Origin: Microcoleus sp.
GTDB lineage: Bacteria > Cyanobacteriota > Cyanobacteriia > Cyanobacteriales > Microcoleaceae
Assembly (NCBI GenBank): GCA_042408215.1
Contig: JAYFMW010000006.1
Span: forward strand, 128,001 to 192,000
Direction of reading: 5' to 3'
Length of the DNA stretch: 64,000 bases
Shown here: positions 17,737 through 30,309 of the stretch, one piece after another
How positions within the stretch are numbered: the first letter of the stretch is position 1
Layout: each line of letters begins with the position of its first letter
Made by a program: the position numbers and the translations under genes
Notes under the pieces: model-generated
The model's database searches: none
Seen by the model: only the letters and a program-made list of their open reading frames with translations
Told to the model about the DNA's origin: nothing

Positions 17737-18330
17737 GTAGGGACAGAACACTACTGAAGCCTGAAACCTCTGATATATGTCGCTTGTACCCGAATCTCGA
17801 TCCCCCTAAATCCCCCTTGTAGGGGCGGTGCCCCCGTGCCCGCCCTCTTTAGGACTTTGAGAAGATTCCTGTCCCCCCCTTGTAGGCAGGGCTGTTTCAT
17901 TCTCTTGTAGGGGCAATCCCCCCGTGGTTGCCCTGATGCCTGAAACACCTACAAAATCGTGGATGAGGAGGGTAGGCACGGGGAGTAGGGGTCGCACTAC
18001 CCCTACAAAACGATGATTTGTTTGAGAATGAAACAGCCCTGCCCTTGTAGGGGCGGTGCCCCCGTGCCCGCCCTCTTTAGGACTTTGAGAAGATTCCTGT
18101 CCCCCCCTTGTAGGGGCGGTGCCCCCGTGCCCGCCCTCTTTAGGACTTGGAGAAGATTCCTGTCCCCCCCTTGTAGGGGCGGTGCCCCCGTGCCCGCCCT
18201 CTTTAGGACTTTGAGAAGATTCCTGTCCCCCCCTTCTTAAGGGGGGCTAGGGGGGATCTGGACTCGAACAAAAGCGATATTCCTCATGGGTTTCAGGCTT
18301 AAGTTGACACCAATGAACACTGTTGTGTCC
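17737..18330. repeat. Nested repeat cluster: REP-like GTAGGGGCGGTGCCCCCGTGCCCGCCCT units (three ~62-bp tandem copies at 18046-18235) within a MITE-like shell
   Basis: Tandem copies are directly visible; right end CTTAAGTTGACACCAATG at ~18298-18315. Confidence 0.85.
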
Positions 18331-18348
18331 TTTTCCTCTGTTGCCAGC

Positions 18349-19773
18349 TCAATCCGCGAAATGCTTAATAATCGCCTCCGCAAACTCCGAACACTTCAAC
18401 TCCGGCACCGGCGGCTCCATCAACCGGGCTAAATCATAGGTAACTTCACCATTAGAAATAGCCGCAGCCAAACCCTTCTTAATCAAGTCTGCCGCTTCCT
18501 GCCAGCCCATATATTCCAACATCATCACCCCGGACAAAATCAGCGAACCGGGATTAACTTTATCCAAACCAGCGTGTTTCGGTGCAGTACCGTGAGTGGC
18601 CTCAAAAACTGCACATTCATCACCAATATTAGCACCAGGGCCCATGCCCAATCCGCCGACAATGGCGGCGGCCGCATCCGACAAATAATCGCCGTTTAAA
18701 TTCATCGTCGCCAAAATCGAATACTCGGCCGGTCGGGTTTGAATTTGTTGGAAAATGCTGTCAGCAATTCTGTCATTGACCATGATTTTCTCTTTCCATT
18801 TGCCGTCGCCATGACTATCCCAAATTGCAGTTAGGACATCGGTGACTTCCTGAGTTATTTTGGCTTGTTTCTCAGGAGTCAAAGCATCGTATCCCGGATC
18901 TATTTGGCGGGCATTATCTTCTAAGCTAATGTCAGGATTTTTTTCTTTGTTCCCCAGAATCCAAGACTCTCTTTCTGTCACACACTCAGCACGATATTCG
19001 GTGGTTGCTAATTCGTAACCCCAGTCTCGGAAAGCTCCTTCGGTGTATTTCATGATGTTGCCTTTGTGCACCAAAGTCACTTGCTGCTTTTCTTTCGGCA
19101 ACCGCAGGGCGTGGGTAATGGCGCGCCGTACTAAGCGCTGAGAACCTGTTTTGCTAATGGGTTTAATGCCAATTCCAGAATCGAGGCGAATTTGTTTTTT
19201 GCCGTGTTCTGGTGTTGCTGGAATTAACTCATTATTGAGGAATTCAATCAATTTGTTGCCGATTTCGCTGCCTTCTGGCCATTCAATTCCCAGGTAAATA
19301 TCCTCTGTATTTTCCCGGTAAATAATTATGTCTAGCAGTTCGGGAGTTTTGTGCAATGATGGGGTTCCATCATAATATTTGCAGGGGCGGACGCAGGCGT
19401 AAAGGTCAAAGATTTGTCGCAAAGCTACGTTTAGCGATCGAATTCCGCCACCTATGGGCGTTGTCAGCGGGCCTTTGATGGCGACGCCGTATTCTTTGAT
19501 GGCGTCTAAGGAATCTTGGGGCAGATATTGGTATGTACCGTAGACATCGCAGGCTTCGTCGCCTACATAGATTTTAAACCAGTTGATTTTGCGATCGCCG
19601 CCGTAAGCCTGTTCTACCGCAGCATCCATGACTTTCTGGGATGCTGGCCACAAGTCAACACCCGTACCGTCGCCGCGAATGAAGGGAATGATCGGGTCAT
19701 TGGGGACGATCGGCAAACCGTCTTTGAAAGTAATCTTAGAACCAGTTGTCGGGGCTACAATCTTTTCGTACAT
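18349..19773 (-). CDS. icd: NADP-dependent isocitrate dehydrogenase
   Basis: [51 protein letters not shown]. Confidence 0.97.
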   Translation of the reverse strand: MYEKIVAPTTGSKITFKDGLPIVPNDPIIPFIRGDGTGVDLWPASQKVMDAAVEQAYGGDRKINWFKIYVGDEACDVYGTYQYLPQDSLDAIKEYGVAIKGPLTTPIGGGIRSLNVALRQIFDLYACVRPCKYYDGTPSLHKTPELLDIIIYRENTEDIYLGIEWPEGSEIGNKLIEFLNNELIPATPEHGKKQIRLDSGIGIKPISKTGSQRLVRRAITHALRLPKEKQQVTLVHKGNIMKYTEGAFRDWGYELATTEYRAECVTERESWILGNKEKNPDISLEDNARQIDPGYDALTPEKQAKITQEVTDVLTAIWDSHGDGKWKEKIMVNDRIADSIFQQIQTRPAEYSILATMNLNGDYLSDAAAAIVGGLGMGPGANIGDECAVFEATHGTAPKHAGLDKVNPGSLILSGVMMLEYMGWQEAADLIKKGLAAAISNGEVTYDLARLMEPPVPELKCSEFAEAIIKHFAD

Positions 19774-20121
19774 ATCTTAACAGTGCGGATAGCAATTCTC
19801 CCTATTTTGCCACGATTGTCTGTCTAAACTTCAACAAATTCTCAAGAATTGCCTAAATTTTGCTCTTTTCTCGGCTGCTGTATCTATCGCGACAAAATTG
19901 GGATTATATTAATTAATTTTTATAGCAACCTTCTCGGTGCAGCCGGAGCTTTTAAAGTGCTGAAACCATTGATTTTATTACATCTTCCTTCTTCCTTCTT
20001 TTTACCCTGAGCCCTTCGATTACGCGATCGGGTAAACTGCGTCGAAGGGCCTTCTTCCTTCTTCAGATGGAGGCCGATCGACGCAGATTTTTTTTGATGA
20101 TGTCTACATTGATCTGCGTTT

Positions 20122-20730
20122 TTATTCTTTTTGCATATTCTTCTTGACAATCCACAAAATACACCAGATGACAATAATTACTACAACTATTTTGGAAACA
20201 GGAGCAAGATAATCCTCGACAAGTTTATAATTTTCACCGAGTTTATATCCGGCAAAAGTGAGGAAGCTCACCCATAAAACAGTGCCGCCTGTTGAGTAGA
20301 GTAAAAACGGAATTAAAGGCATATTATTGATGCCAGCGGGCAGGGAAATTAGGGTACGAACTCCGGGCACGAGGCGACACAAAAATACGGCTTTGTTGCC
20401 GTGTCTGTTAAACCATCTATTTGCCTTATCAATATCGGCGCCTGATACAGTAATCCACTTGCCGTATTTGTCGGCCAAGTTCCTCAAGCGTTCTTCGCTC
20501 AATAACTTACCGGCATAGTACCACGGAAGCGCCCCTAAAACTGTACCGATGACTCCTGCTGCGATCGCCGGTGCCATCTGCATACCCTGGTCGCCCTTGG
20601 ATACCGTGAATCCTGCCAGCGGCATAATCAATTCTGAGGGTATGGGCGGGAAAAGATTTTCTAAGAACATCAATAATGCAATGCCCAGATAACTCATGGA
20701 CTGCATTGTGTTAGTTATCCATTCAACCAT
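20122..20730 (-). CDS. DedA family protein
   Basis: LENLFPPIPSE, RLVPGVRTLISLPAG. Confidence 0.92.
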   Translation of the reverse strand: MVEWITNTMQSMSYLGIALLMFLENLFPPIPSELIMPLAGFTVSKGDQGMQMAPAIAAGVIGTVLGALPWYYAGKLLSEERLRNLADKYGKWITVSGADIDKANRWFNRHGNKAVFLCRLVPGVRTLISLPAGINNMPLIPFLLYSTGGTVLWVSFLTFAGYKLGENYKLVEDYLAPVSKIVVVIIVIWCILWIVKKNMQKE

Positions 20731-20756
20731 TTTGATTTAATAATGTGGTAAGAAGA

Positions 20757-20907
20757 AGTCAGTAGTCAGTAGTCATTAGTCAGTAGTCAGTAGTCATTAG
20801 TCATTAGTCAGTAGTCATTAGTCAGTAGTCAGTAGTCAGTAGTCATTAGTCAGTAGTCAGTAGTCATTAGTCAGTAGTCATTAGTCATTAGTCATTAGTC
20901 ATTAGTT
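20757..20907. repeat. Heptamer tandem repeat (AGTCAGT/AGTCATT)n, STRR-like
   Basis: About 20 consecutive 7-bp units. Confidence 0.9.
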
Positions 20908-20928
20908 CGCTCGTTCCTATGCTCTGCC

Positions 20929-21133
20929 CATTGGTGAAAATTTAAGACTTAAAGCCCTGAGAAATCTTGTTTTTACCTGAGTATAGATACCCCTAAATCC
21001 CCCTTGAAAAGGGGAGTAGGGGTTGACTTTGAGAAGATTCCGGTTCCCCCCTTATTAAGGGGGGTTAGGGGGGATCTAGGCTTCGACACCAACAAGAAAG
21101 ATTATCGGTTTAATCTTAAGTTGTCAGCAACGG
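20929..21133. mobile_element. MITE-like element with degenerate CATTGGTG...CTTAAGTTG TIRs and a CCCCCTAA/TTAGGGGG core
   Basis: Same architecture as 49565-49771. Confidence 0.6.
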
Positions 21134-21160
21134 GATTGCCCCTACAAGTAAAAACTAAGA

Positions 21161-22444
<1,284 letters not shown>

Positions 22445-22641
22445 TTATTTCTCAGAAATCATTCAACTTCATTAGTTGTACCAGATTAACCTAGGTCGCC
22501 GCAAGTGCTGCGATTTGACTCGATCGGGACTGGCTTGGGTGAGCTGAATTTTTGATGGCCTTCGATCGACTAATTTGCGCTCTACACTTTCGAGTCATGA
22601 CTCACCATGCCTTGAATTTTCCACATCGCACTCAGGAGCGC

Positions 22642-23243
22642 TCAATCTTTTTCTTGAGACTTATTTTCTTGAATTATATGAATAATAGAAGGCACAAAAG
22701 AAGTTACAATTATACCCAAAACGATCGGCAATAAATACTTGTCAACATCAGGAATTACCCGTCCCAAATAATAACCCATCAGGGTGATGCCAAACACAAA
22801 AACCCGCCAATTAGGTTGTCAGACATAAAACTTTTGTATTTCATTGCCGCCACCCCGGCAACTATCGGAGCAAAAGTGCGGACAATTGGCATAAATCACG
22901 CCATGACAACTGCTTTTTGACCGTGTTTTTCGTAGAAGTTTTCGGTTTTTTCTAAATATTCTTTTTTAAACAGCCACGAATCTTCCTTTTGAAATAAGCG
23001 GCGGCCCCAATGGTGTCCGCTTGCATAGCCAACATTGTCGCCCGCTACTGCACATACAAACGCCCCAAATATCAGAGTCCAAATATTCATAGTATTAGGT
23101 TGAGATGCAACAAATCCAGCCGTAAATAGCAATCTGTCTCCCGGCAATAAAAACCCAATCAGCAATCCTGATTCAGCGAACACAATGGCCCAAACTCCTA
23201 AATAGCTAAAGGTTTTAATCCGTTGTGGCAAATCAAAATTCAT
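22642..23243 (-). pseudogene. DedA family pseudogene
   Basis: FAESGL..GF.LPGD. In-frame TGA in VMA*FMPIVRTFAP, plus a frameshift near 22795 before GITLMGYYLG..IPDVDKYL. Confidence 0.8.
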
Positions 23244-23409
23244 TTTTCTGTTTTTTCCTAGGACTTAACTGAGCCTTACAAAAATGATGGTATCATGGAC
23301 GGGATTCTTGGTTAAATGTAACATAAAATGGAAATAGGGCGGGGAGTTAGTCATTGTTTATTGCTTTGTGCACTCTTTTCGCCAGCACAAGGTAGAATTA
23401 ATTTCATGG

Positions 23410-24893
23410 TTGACATCCACCCCGCCGTGAACGGACGGGGATTCCATCTATTTCAACAGATCAAAAATTGACAACTGCTGAAATTCTGGTTGGGTTGACG
23501 CTTCATTGGCTACAGCTACCTTGGCGGTAGTCTTACGTCTGCCTCCACGTCCGTTTAAAGTCTCCGAAAGCCCTCCGGCGACTAAAATATTAATTGCGGC
23601 ATTTACGTCTCTATCGTGATGAATCCCACAATTTAAACAAGTCCACTCTCTAACATTTAACTCTTTTTTTCCACCATGAAAACCACAGTGATAGCAGGTT
23701 TTAGAAGTGGGATTCCATCTATCAATTACTCGAAAATCACGCCCGTACATGACCGACTTAGCCTCTAACATAGTTCTAAAACTACGCCAGCCTAAGTCAC
23801 TAATAGCACGGGACAACCTGCGATTTTTCATCAGACCTGAAACCTTCAAATCTTCCAAGACTATTGTTTGATTCTCACGAATCATCTGAGTTGAAAGTTT
23901 CTGTAAAAAATCGTTTCTGGCATCAGAAATCTTAGCGTGAAGTTGAGCTAGTTTCTTTCTGGCAACTTCCCTTCTTTTGCTACCTTTCTGTTTTCTTGAC
24001 AAATTGCGCTGTAATTTCCTTAAACGCTTTAACTGTTTCTTTAAAGGTTTAGGTGATTTAACTTTTTCACCGTTACTTAATGTAGCAAAATCAGTGATTC
24101 CTAAATCAATTCCTACACTTGGTCCGTTCTTAGGTAATTGTTGAGGATTAAACTCAACTACAAAGCTAACAAAGTATCTATCAGCACTATCTTTGAGCGT
24201 GGTAACACTGGAAGGAATAGCTGGTAACTCTCTACTCCAGACTACTTTAATATCACCTATTTTAGCAAGGTAAATGTAATCAGAATCAGGAGAGAGTTTA
24301 AAACCATTATCAGTGAACTTAGCAGACTGTTTAGACTTACGTTTCTTAAATCTAGGCGGTTTAACTTTCTGACCTTTTCTTTGTCCTTTACAAGATTTGA
24401 AAAAGTTAGAATAAGCCTGTTCTAAATCCCTTAAAGATTGCTGTAAGGGAATAGAGGAAACCTCTCCCAACCAGATTTTTTCCTCTGTTTTCTTGAGTTC
24501 TGTAAGTCTTTTAGAAAGTTCATTACTAGAAGGTTTTTTATGACCTTTTAAGTATGCTTCTTGACAAGGAGCTAAAGCATCGTTAAAAACCACACGACAA
24601 CAACCAAACAATTGAGATATTAGCCTTTTTTGTTGGGTAGTTGGGTAGATTCGATAGCGATATCTTAACTTCATTGACTTAATTTGCCATTGAAAATATA
24701 CTCTAATTATAGAGCTACTTTTAGAGTAGGTCAAGAACAAAAAAAAATCAATTCAATGTCAATGAACGCGAATACCAAAAACTTAAATAATATGCAGAAT
24801 TTCTTAATATTTTAATGGCTGAAGTCTTGAGGGATTATATTAAGTCTTTGGAAAGCCGTCCTAGAAGGACGGGGTTTTAAACCCAAATCTTCG
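23410..24893 (-). mobile_element. IS200/IS605-family element carrying only tnpB
   Basis: Minus-strand left end CGAAGATTTGGGTTTAAAACCCCGTCCTTCTAGGACGG follows TTTAT. Right end GGAATCCCCGTCCGTTCACGGCGGGGTGGATGTCAA. No tnpA. Confidence 0.8.
23448..24674 (-). CDS. tnpB: RNA-guided endonuclease TnpB
   Basis: YRYRIYPT..Q; RuvC residues GIDLG, IVLEDL, DRDVNAA; Zn finger CYHCG...CLNCG. Confidence 0.95.
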   Translation of the reverse strand: MKLRYRYRIYPTTQQKRLISQLFGCCRVVFNDALAPCQEAYLKGHKKPSSNELSKRLTELKKTEEKIWLGEVSSIPLQQSLRDLEQAYSNFFKSCKGQRKGQKVKPPRFKKRKSKQSAKFTDNGFKLSPDSDYIYLAKIGDIKVVWSRELPAIPSSVTTLKDSADRYFVSFVVEFNPQQLPKNGPSVGIDLGITDFATLSNGEKVKSPKPLKKQLKRLRKLQRNLSRKQKGSKRREVARKKLAQLHAKISDARNDFLQKLSTQMIRENQTIVLEDLKVSGLMKNRRLSRAISDLGWRSFRTMLEAKSVMYGRDFRVIDRWNPTSKTCYHCGFHGGKKELNVREWTCLNCGIHHDRDVNAAINILVAGGLSETLNGRGGRRKTTAKVAVANEASTQPEFQQLSIFDLLK

Positions 24894-25467
24894 ATAAATC
24901 ACGATCGCTTTTGGCCTGGGTGCGGTCAACGATCGAGGATAGCGATCGATTATTCGCAACAAATTTTTTCAGTCTGATTTAACAATGGGTGCTGTAATTC
25001 AACAAATCCCAAACTAGCTTGTTAAACCTGCTAGGTCAAGCGATCGAGGCGCCATCAATAGTAGTTGCAGTGGTAGTTCTTTTCCTGAGCCGGACTTGGG
25101 CTAGGTTTGTCCGGCAATAGTCTCGGTAGCTACCGAAGGTATGATTAAAAGTTGATCTTTGCGATCGCTGTTCATGCAAACTAGCTATGCCATGACGTGG
25201 GTCATCGGCAGTTCGTGAGCCTGTGTAATTGCTTTCCCAGCCGATCGCAAATCGGCTGGGAGTTAATCGGATGGGTCATCGGTAATTGGTAATTGGGAAT
25301 CAGTACCTACCGTTAAAATTGGCTGTCAAGGTGCTTGTGGGGTGGAGAAAGTGTCCTTTTTTTGTTAATCAAGAAAAGCAAAAGGCTCGCCAATCTCCCA
25401 TCGGCGCGCCTGCAAATCTTATTAATTTTTTCACAATTAATTTATCAGCTCGCTCAGGTGCAAAAAG

Positions 25468-26172
25468 TCAGGAAGCCGTATTGCTAGCGCGGCGGCGGCG
25501 TGCTGCAATCAAGCCACCCAAACCAAGAGCCAAACCAGTCATTGTCATGGGTTCGGGAACTGCTTGGGCGCTGACGGTGAAGTCTTGGAAGTCTGTGTCG
25601 TTAGTGTTCCCGCGATCGTCGAAGCCAATTAGCGTGGTGCCGTTAAACAGGGAAGCCATTCCGTCTGTGAACGATCCGGCTGCTTGGAATGTGGCAGTTG
25701 TTTCTTTGTCGAGGGCGTTCCACAGCAAGGATGACTGGCCAAACACTACTTGCTGGCTGCCACTAGAGGCGACGTTCAGGTTCAGCCCCGATGTCGAGTA
25801 GACCATGCCGTTATCGCTTGAGAGTCCCAAAGTGTAAACTCTACCGGCCAGGAACTCGAAGACTGCGGGGCCTGAATCCACAACTGTGTTGCCGAGTGTT
25901 CCTTTCCAGTCGTGCTCGTCACCGTTGTCTGAGGATTTAGTTTCCGAAAACAGGTTCGCAACGTTAGTGAGTGAGAAGCCGTTCACTTCGTAAATTCCCA
26001 AAGAGGAAGTGAAGGCCCCGTGAGATTCCTTGAAATTAAATTCGACTTTTTGATTTTGTCCGAATGTGATACCGTTGGTGCCAAAGGAGAAGGCTTGGGC
26101 TGGAGCGGATGCGCCGAATAAAGCTGTTGCGGCTGCTGTGGCTGTTAGGGCGGATAAGAGTTTGGTGTTCAT
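25468..26172 (-). CDS. PEP-CTERM sorting domain protein
   Basis: Signal peptide ending APAQA; C-terminal VPEP + TM + RRRR; GFDD...DTDFQD motif. Confidence 0.9.
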   Translation of the reverse strand: MNTKLLSALTATAAATALFGASAPAQAFSFGTNGITFGQNQKVEFNFKESHGAFTSSLGIYEVNGFSLTNVANLFSETKSSDNGDEHDWKGTLGNTVVDSGPAVFEFLAGRVYTLGLSSDNGMVYSTSGLNLNVASSGSQQVVFGQSSLLWNALDKETTATFQAAGSFTDGMASLFNGTTLIGFDDRGNTNDTDFQDFTVSAQAVPEPMTMTGLALGLGGLIAARRRRASNTAS

Positions 26173-26759
26173 ACAATTTTCCTCTTTCGTGACTATCTTT
26201 CTTAGTGATCTGATTATCTAATACTTTTTGACTCTTTTGGCACTTGAGGTGAGTTGGGAGCAATTCTTCATCAAGTCTTTACATAGCCTTCACAAATGCT
26301 CTAGATTTTCTGGGCGATCGCTATCTAAAAATTCACAGGCCAAAATATAGGAATAGTGCCTTGAAGTCTTGGAATCACAGGCATCTGAGGAGTTATTACA
26401 AAAACTGATTGCTGCCCGGTTTTCTGCTATTCGTGTCTGCGATCGATCGTCTATGTCTCCAAACAGCTAACACTTACGCGGAAATACGGTGGCTCTCACG
26501 CAATTTGATTTTTCGAGGAGTCTGCTATTAACGATAAACCGGGAATATTTGTTTTTTTGGACTTGCGTATAGGAGTTAAATTAGTCTAATTATTAGATTA
26601 AGTAAGTAATTTTACGGATTCACGAAAAATTCGATCGAGACTGGAATTCAGCAGACTGGTGTGCTTTCTGGGGGGATTCCCCCGACCAAATATCATAATA
26701 TACAGATCATATACAGGAGCTGCGTCAGTCTCGATCGACCGCAGGAACATTAGAACAAG

Positions 26760-26960
26760 CCGCCTCCGGGTTCAAAAGCCCAAGGTTCCCCGCGTTCGTG
26801 GTAGCCGTTGCGTTCCCAAAAGCCCAACTCTTGAGATTCTGTAAACTCCAGGCCGTTAATCCATTTGGCGCTTGGACAAGCATAGAGGTGCGGGACTAGC
26901 AGCCGCAGTGCTGCCGCCGTGGTTGGGGATAGGGGTTCCCCGAAGAGTAGCAAAGAAGCG
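26760..26960 (-). pseudogene. C-terminal remnant of a molybdopterin-dependent sulfite-oxidase-like oxidoreductase
   Basis: LRLLVPHLY...SAKWINGLEF...GFWERNGYH.RGEPW with no N-terminal part. Confidence 0.6.
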
Positions 26961-27553
26961 GAGTAATCCGAGAGAAACGGAGTAATTCGGAGTCCACTGC
27001 TACACCAGATTTCACACACGCATTGTGCGATCGCCGCTTACAGGTCATGACTCAATGAATTCGGGAAAGATTCAAGCGTCGGGGGAGGAACACCGCACCC
27101 TACTAACAAGCCTGTAAGCCAATCGCTGCAAACATTACCAATTCTGAGATGCAGAAATGCAAATTCAAGCTAATTACGTTTTTCTTGTGAATCACGACAG
27201 GACGCTCCTGAATATGGTGCATCCAGCCCGTGCTAGAGAGCTGTATCGCCGTCAGTGAGGACGGGGAAGCCGTTGGCCTGGTATTGACCGGGGGGGAGGC
27301 GATCGCTGTTGTCTGATTCTGGGTAGCGAAAAAATTTGCCCAGCATTGATTGACGCTCTACAGCAATTGACTGCAATGCCCAGTATAACTTGCAGGGGGG
27401 GACGCCATTAAAAATTCAAAAAAGTTGGTGCCAGAATATTTATGACTTAACCTTAAATAAGATCGCATTTGATCTTGCTTTTTTGAATTTTTCATGTATT
27501 GTCAAAATATACTAATCTGCCATACATCCAATTTTTCTGATGGAGTAAAAACC

Positions 27554-27790
27554 ATGATCGCAAGTTGCTTGATTCCGTTGACTGTCTGCTTGATTGCTGG
27601 GTTGGTGACGACAGGGACTGACAGAAGAACGTTTGACGGGATTCCGGCTCCCATAGCTGCAATTATCGGAGTGTTTTCGTTAATTTGGTTTGTGGCGGCC
27701 TGTGCTTGGCCGATCAAACTCGGTCTGGTGCTAGTCGTCCTAATTTGGGGCAAAGCTTACGTGCAGAATATTATGTTGAGATTGGGATGA
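27554..27790 (+). CDS. Small membrane protein, hypothetical
   Basis: GGAG before ATG; three hydrophobic segments. Confidence 0.55.
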   Translation: MIASCLIPLTVCLIAGLVTTGTDRRTFDGIPAPIAAIIGVFSLIWFVAACAWPIKLGLVLVVLIWGKAYVQNIMLRLG

Positions 27791-28022
27791 ATTTTCTGTC
27801 TCTAGCGCTGAAGAAGAGTTGCAGGAGTGCGATCGTCCGGTGCTGGTACTATTTTTAATCTCATAAATTTTCCAATTTGGCAGGGTGCGCGGGCGCACCT
27901 TGCTGCTACAACCCTGTGCAATCTCGTTCTTTGGTAAATTGGCAAATTGGTCGGGTGCGCCCAATAGCACCTCAATCAGATCTAGGTAAAATGGCGAGTG
28001 ATCTAGGTAAAATGGCGAGTTT

Positions 28023-28718
28023 TTAAATTGGTAAGCGATTGATATCTTTATTAGAACCAATGACCACCATCGCCGTACCCTTGGTTAAACGCTCATTTGG
28101 CTGCGGATTAATTTCAAATTTGTCATCGCGACCGACTGCTAGCAAATTTAAGCCATATCTGCGACGGAGTTCCAAATCAGCGATGGTTTTGCCATCAAAC
28201 TTTTCAGGAACGAGCAACTCAACTATACTGTGATCGGGATCGAGGTCAAAGCGTTCTAATATGCTGGGTTTTGTAAGAGTGCGGGCCAAAGAGCAGCCCA
28301 TCTCTCGTTCGGGAAAAACTACATGATCGGCGCCAACTTTTTTCAGAATTTTTAAGTGAGTTTCGGAAGAAGCTTTAGCGATGACGTGAGTTACTCCGCC
28401 TTCCTTTAGATTTAGGGTTGTGGTAATACTTTGGGCTAAGTAATTGCCGATCGCCACAATCACTGTATCAAATTCAAAGATACCGGCGGCCTTGAGGGCT
28501 GTAGGATCAGTAGAGTCTAACTGCAAAACGTGAGCTGCAATTCGATCGCTCAAAGCTTGAGTGACTTTTTTTTCGTCGGTATCAACTCCCAAGACTTCGT
28601 AGCCTAAACTGTGGAGAGTCGAACACACAGCGGTGCCGAAGCGCCCCAAACCAATAACTGCAAACTGCTTGTTTTCTGCGCGCAAACTGCGAAAAAAGTT
28701 TAAAGATGACAGGTTCAT
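28023..28718 (-). CDS. ktrA: Ktr/Trk K+ uptake NAD-binding subunit
   Basis: FAVIGLGRFG, VGADHVVFPE, C-terminal TrkA-C domain. Confidence 0.92.
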   Translation of the reverse strand: MNLSSLNFFRSLRAENKQFAVIGLGRFGTAVCSTLHSLGYEVLGVDTDEKKVTQALSDRIAAHVLQLDSTDPTALKAAGIFEFDTVIVAIGNYLAQSITTTLNLKEGGVTHVIAKASSETHLKILKKVGADHVVFPEREMGCSLARTLTKPSILERFDLDPDHSIVELLVPEKFDGKTIADLELRRRYGLNLLAVGRDDKFEINPQPNERLTKGTAMVVIGSNKDINRLPI

Positions 28719-28950
28719 GTTCATATTCAGTGCTAAGTCTCCTACTTTTAAAAAGTTAAGATATACAGCGCCGCCCGGTAAGAGAGCGAAGCCGAAGTGT
28801 TGATTTTTTGGTATGTAATGAAAGTTGATTTGGGTGGTCGCCCATGAGACTTCTCCAAAAAAGCAAGTCTTGAACAGGCAGGATGCCTGTTCCACAATAA
28901 TTATTGGAGATGTCTATTGTTTAGATTATCAGCAAGTAGGCCAGATTTTA

Positions 28951-30285
28951 CTATCCGACTAACAAACTTTCTTCGGGATATTTAAAAGTGGTGGGTTTAG
29001 GATCGCCGACGGCGACACTCATCAGCAGCAGCACGCCAACCCGACCTATGTACATTGTCGCAATCAGAACCAACTTGCCGATCGCCGAAATCTTGGCTGT
29101 AATCCCCGTAGAAAGTCCCACGGTGCCAAAAGCTGACACTACCTCAAATAGCACCTGCATAAATTCTAGTTCGGGATTGGCCAGCTCAACTAAAGTTGCA
29201 GATACTATCACTACCATGAGGGAGCCAAACACCACGCTAATAGTCTTCAGAATCAGTGCTATGGGGATTTGGCGCTGATAACACTGCACCTGATCCTTCC
29301 CTTCGAGAACTGCTGCGGTACAGCTAAACAAGATCCTAAAAGTCGTGGTTTTGATACCGCCGCCGGTGCTACCGGGACTAGCGCCAACAAACATCAGGGC
29401 GATCGTCAAAAATAGTGCCGTTTCGCTCATTTTGCCAATGTCAATGGTATTAAATCCGGCCGTGCGAGGAGTAACAGATTGAAACCAAGCGGCCATCACT
29501 TTTTGAGGAAAATTTAGGGGGCCGAAAGTTTCTGGATTGTTGTATTCCATTAGCAAAAATGCGATCGTTCCTAAAATTACAAGTACAGCAGTTGTGCTGG
29601 TAACGACTTTAAAATTTAGGGAAAACACTGTGCAGATCGGACTCTTGTAAAAACGATCGCGCAGCCACAGGTACATTTCCATAATTACCTGATAGCCGAT
29701 GCCTCCAAAGATAATCAACCCGCCGATAGTGAAGTTGATTAAAGGCGAACCGATATAGCCGATTAAATTGTCTGAGTAGAGGCTAAAGCCGGCATTATTA
29801 AAGGCATTAACGCTGTGAAACACAGAAGACCAAAGACCATCCTTAAATCCATCTTGGGGGACAAAAACTGGCATCAGCAAAAACACGCCTGTTAGTTCAA
29901 ACAAAATGGTTGTGGCTAAAATTGACTGCACGAGTTGCACTACACCATCCAGACCAGATTTGTCAAGAGATTGTTGGATGGCAATTTTGTCTTTCAAGCC
30001 AAATCGGCGGCCCAGTAACAGTAGTAAGAAAGTAGTGGCTGTCATGTAGCCTAAGCCTCCTACTTGCACTAATAAAACTAGGAAAAATTGCCCCAAAAAA
30101 GAGTAATATTTTCCGACATCTACAACTGATAAGCCGGTGACGCAGACAGCAGAAGTAGAGGTAAAGAGTGCTGTGATTGGATCGCTCCAAGTTCCGTCAC
30201 TTGTGGAGAAAGGCATCAATAACAATAGAGCACCTACGGCAATGACGGCTATAAAGCCCAAGCAAATAGTTCGCGAGACGGTCAT
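28951..30285 (-). CDS. ktrB: Ktr/TrkH family K+ transporter membrane subunit
   Basis: SAVCVTGL, FNNAGF, RTAGFN, GSTGGGIK, SAFGTVGLS. Confidence 0.93.
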   Translation of the reverse strand: MTVSRTICLGFIAVIAVGALLLLMPFSTSDGTWSDPITALFTSTSAVCVTGLSVVDVGKYYSFLGQFFLVLLVQVGGLGYMTATTFLLLLLGRRFGLKDKIAIQQSLDKSGLDGVVQLVQSILATTILFELTGVFLLMPVFVPQDGFKDGLWSSVFHSVNAFNNAGFSLYSDNLIGYIGSPLINFTIGGLIIFGGIGYQVIMEMYLWLRDRFYKSPICTVFSLNFKVVTSTTAVLVILGTIAFLLMEYNNPETFGPLNFPQKVMAAWFQSVTPRTAGFNTIDIGKMSETALFLTIALMFVGASPGSTGGGIKTTTFRILFSCTAAVLEGKDQVQCYQRQIPIALILKTISVVFGSLMVVIVSATLVELANPELEFMQVLFEVVSAFGTVGLSTGITAKISAIGKLVLIATMYIGRVGVLLLMSVAVGDPKPTTFKYPEESLLVG

Positions 30286-30309
30286 CGGATTTTAGATTTT
30301 AGATTTGGG

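Noticed and set aside
18046..18235. Possible CRISPR array
   Set aside because: The sequences between the 28-bp palindromes are themselves near-identical (tandem repeat, no unique spacers); no cas genes
17751..18240. Small ORFs of 63-75 aa
   Set aside because: Composed entirely of REP/MITE repeat sequence
24900..25300. Possible ncRNA or gene remnant next to the IS left end
   Set aside because: Only a local HIP1-centred hairpin; no recognisable family or ORF
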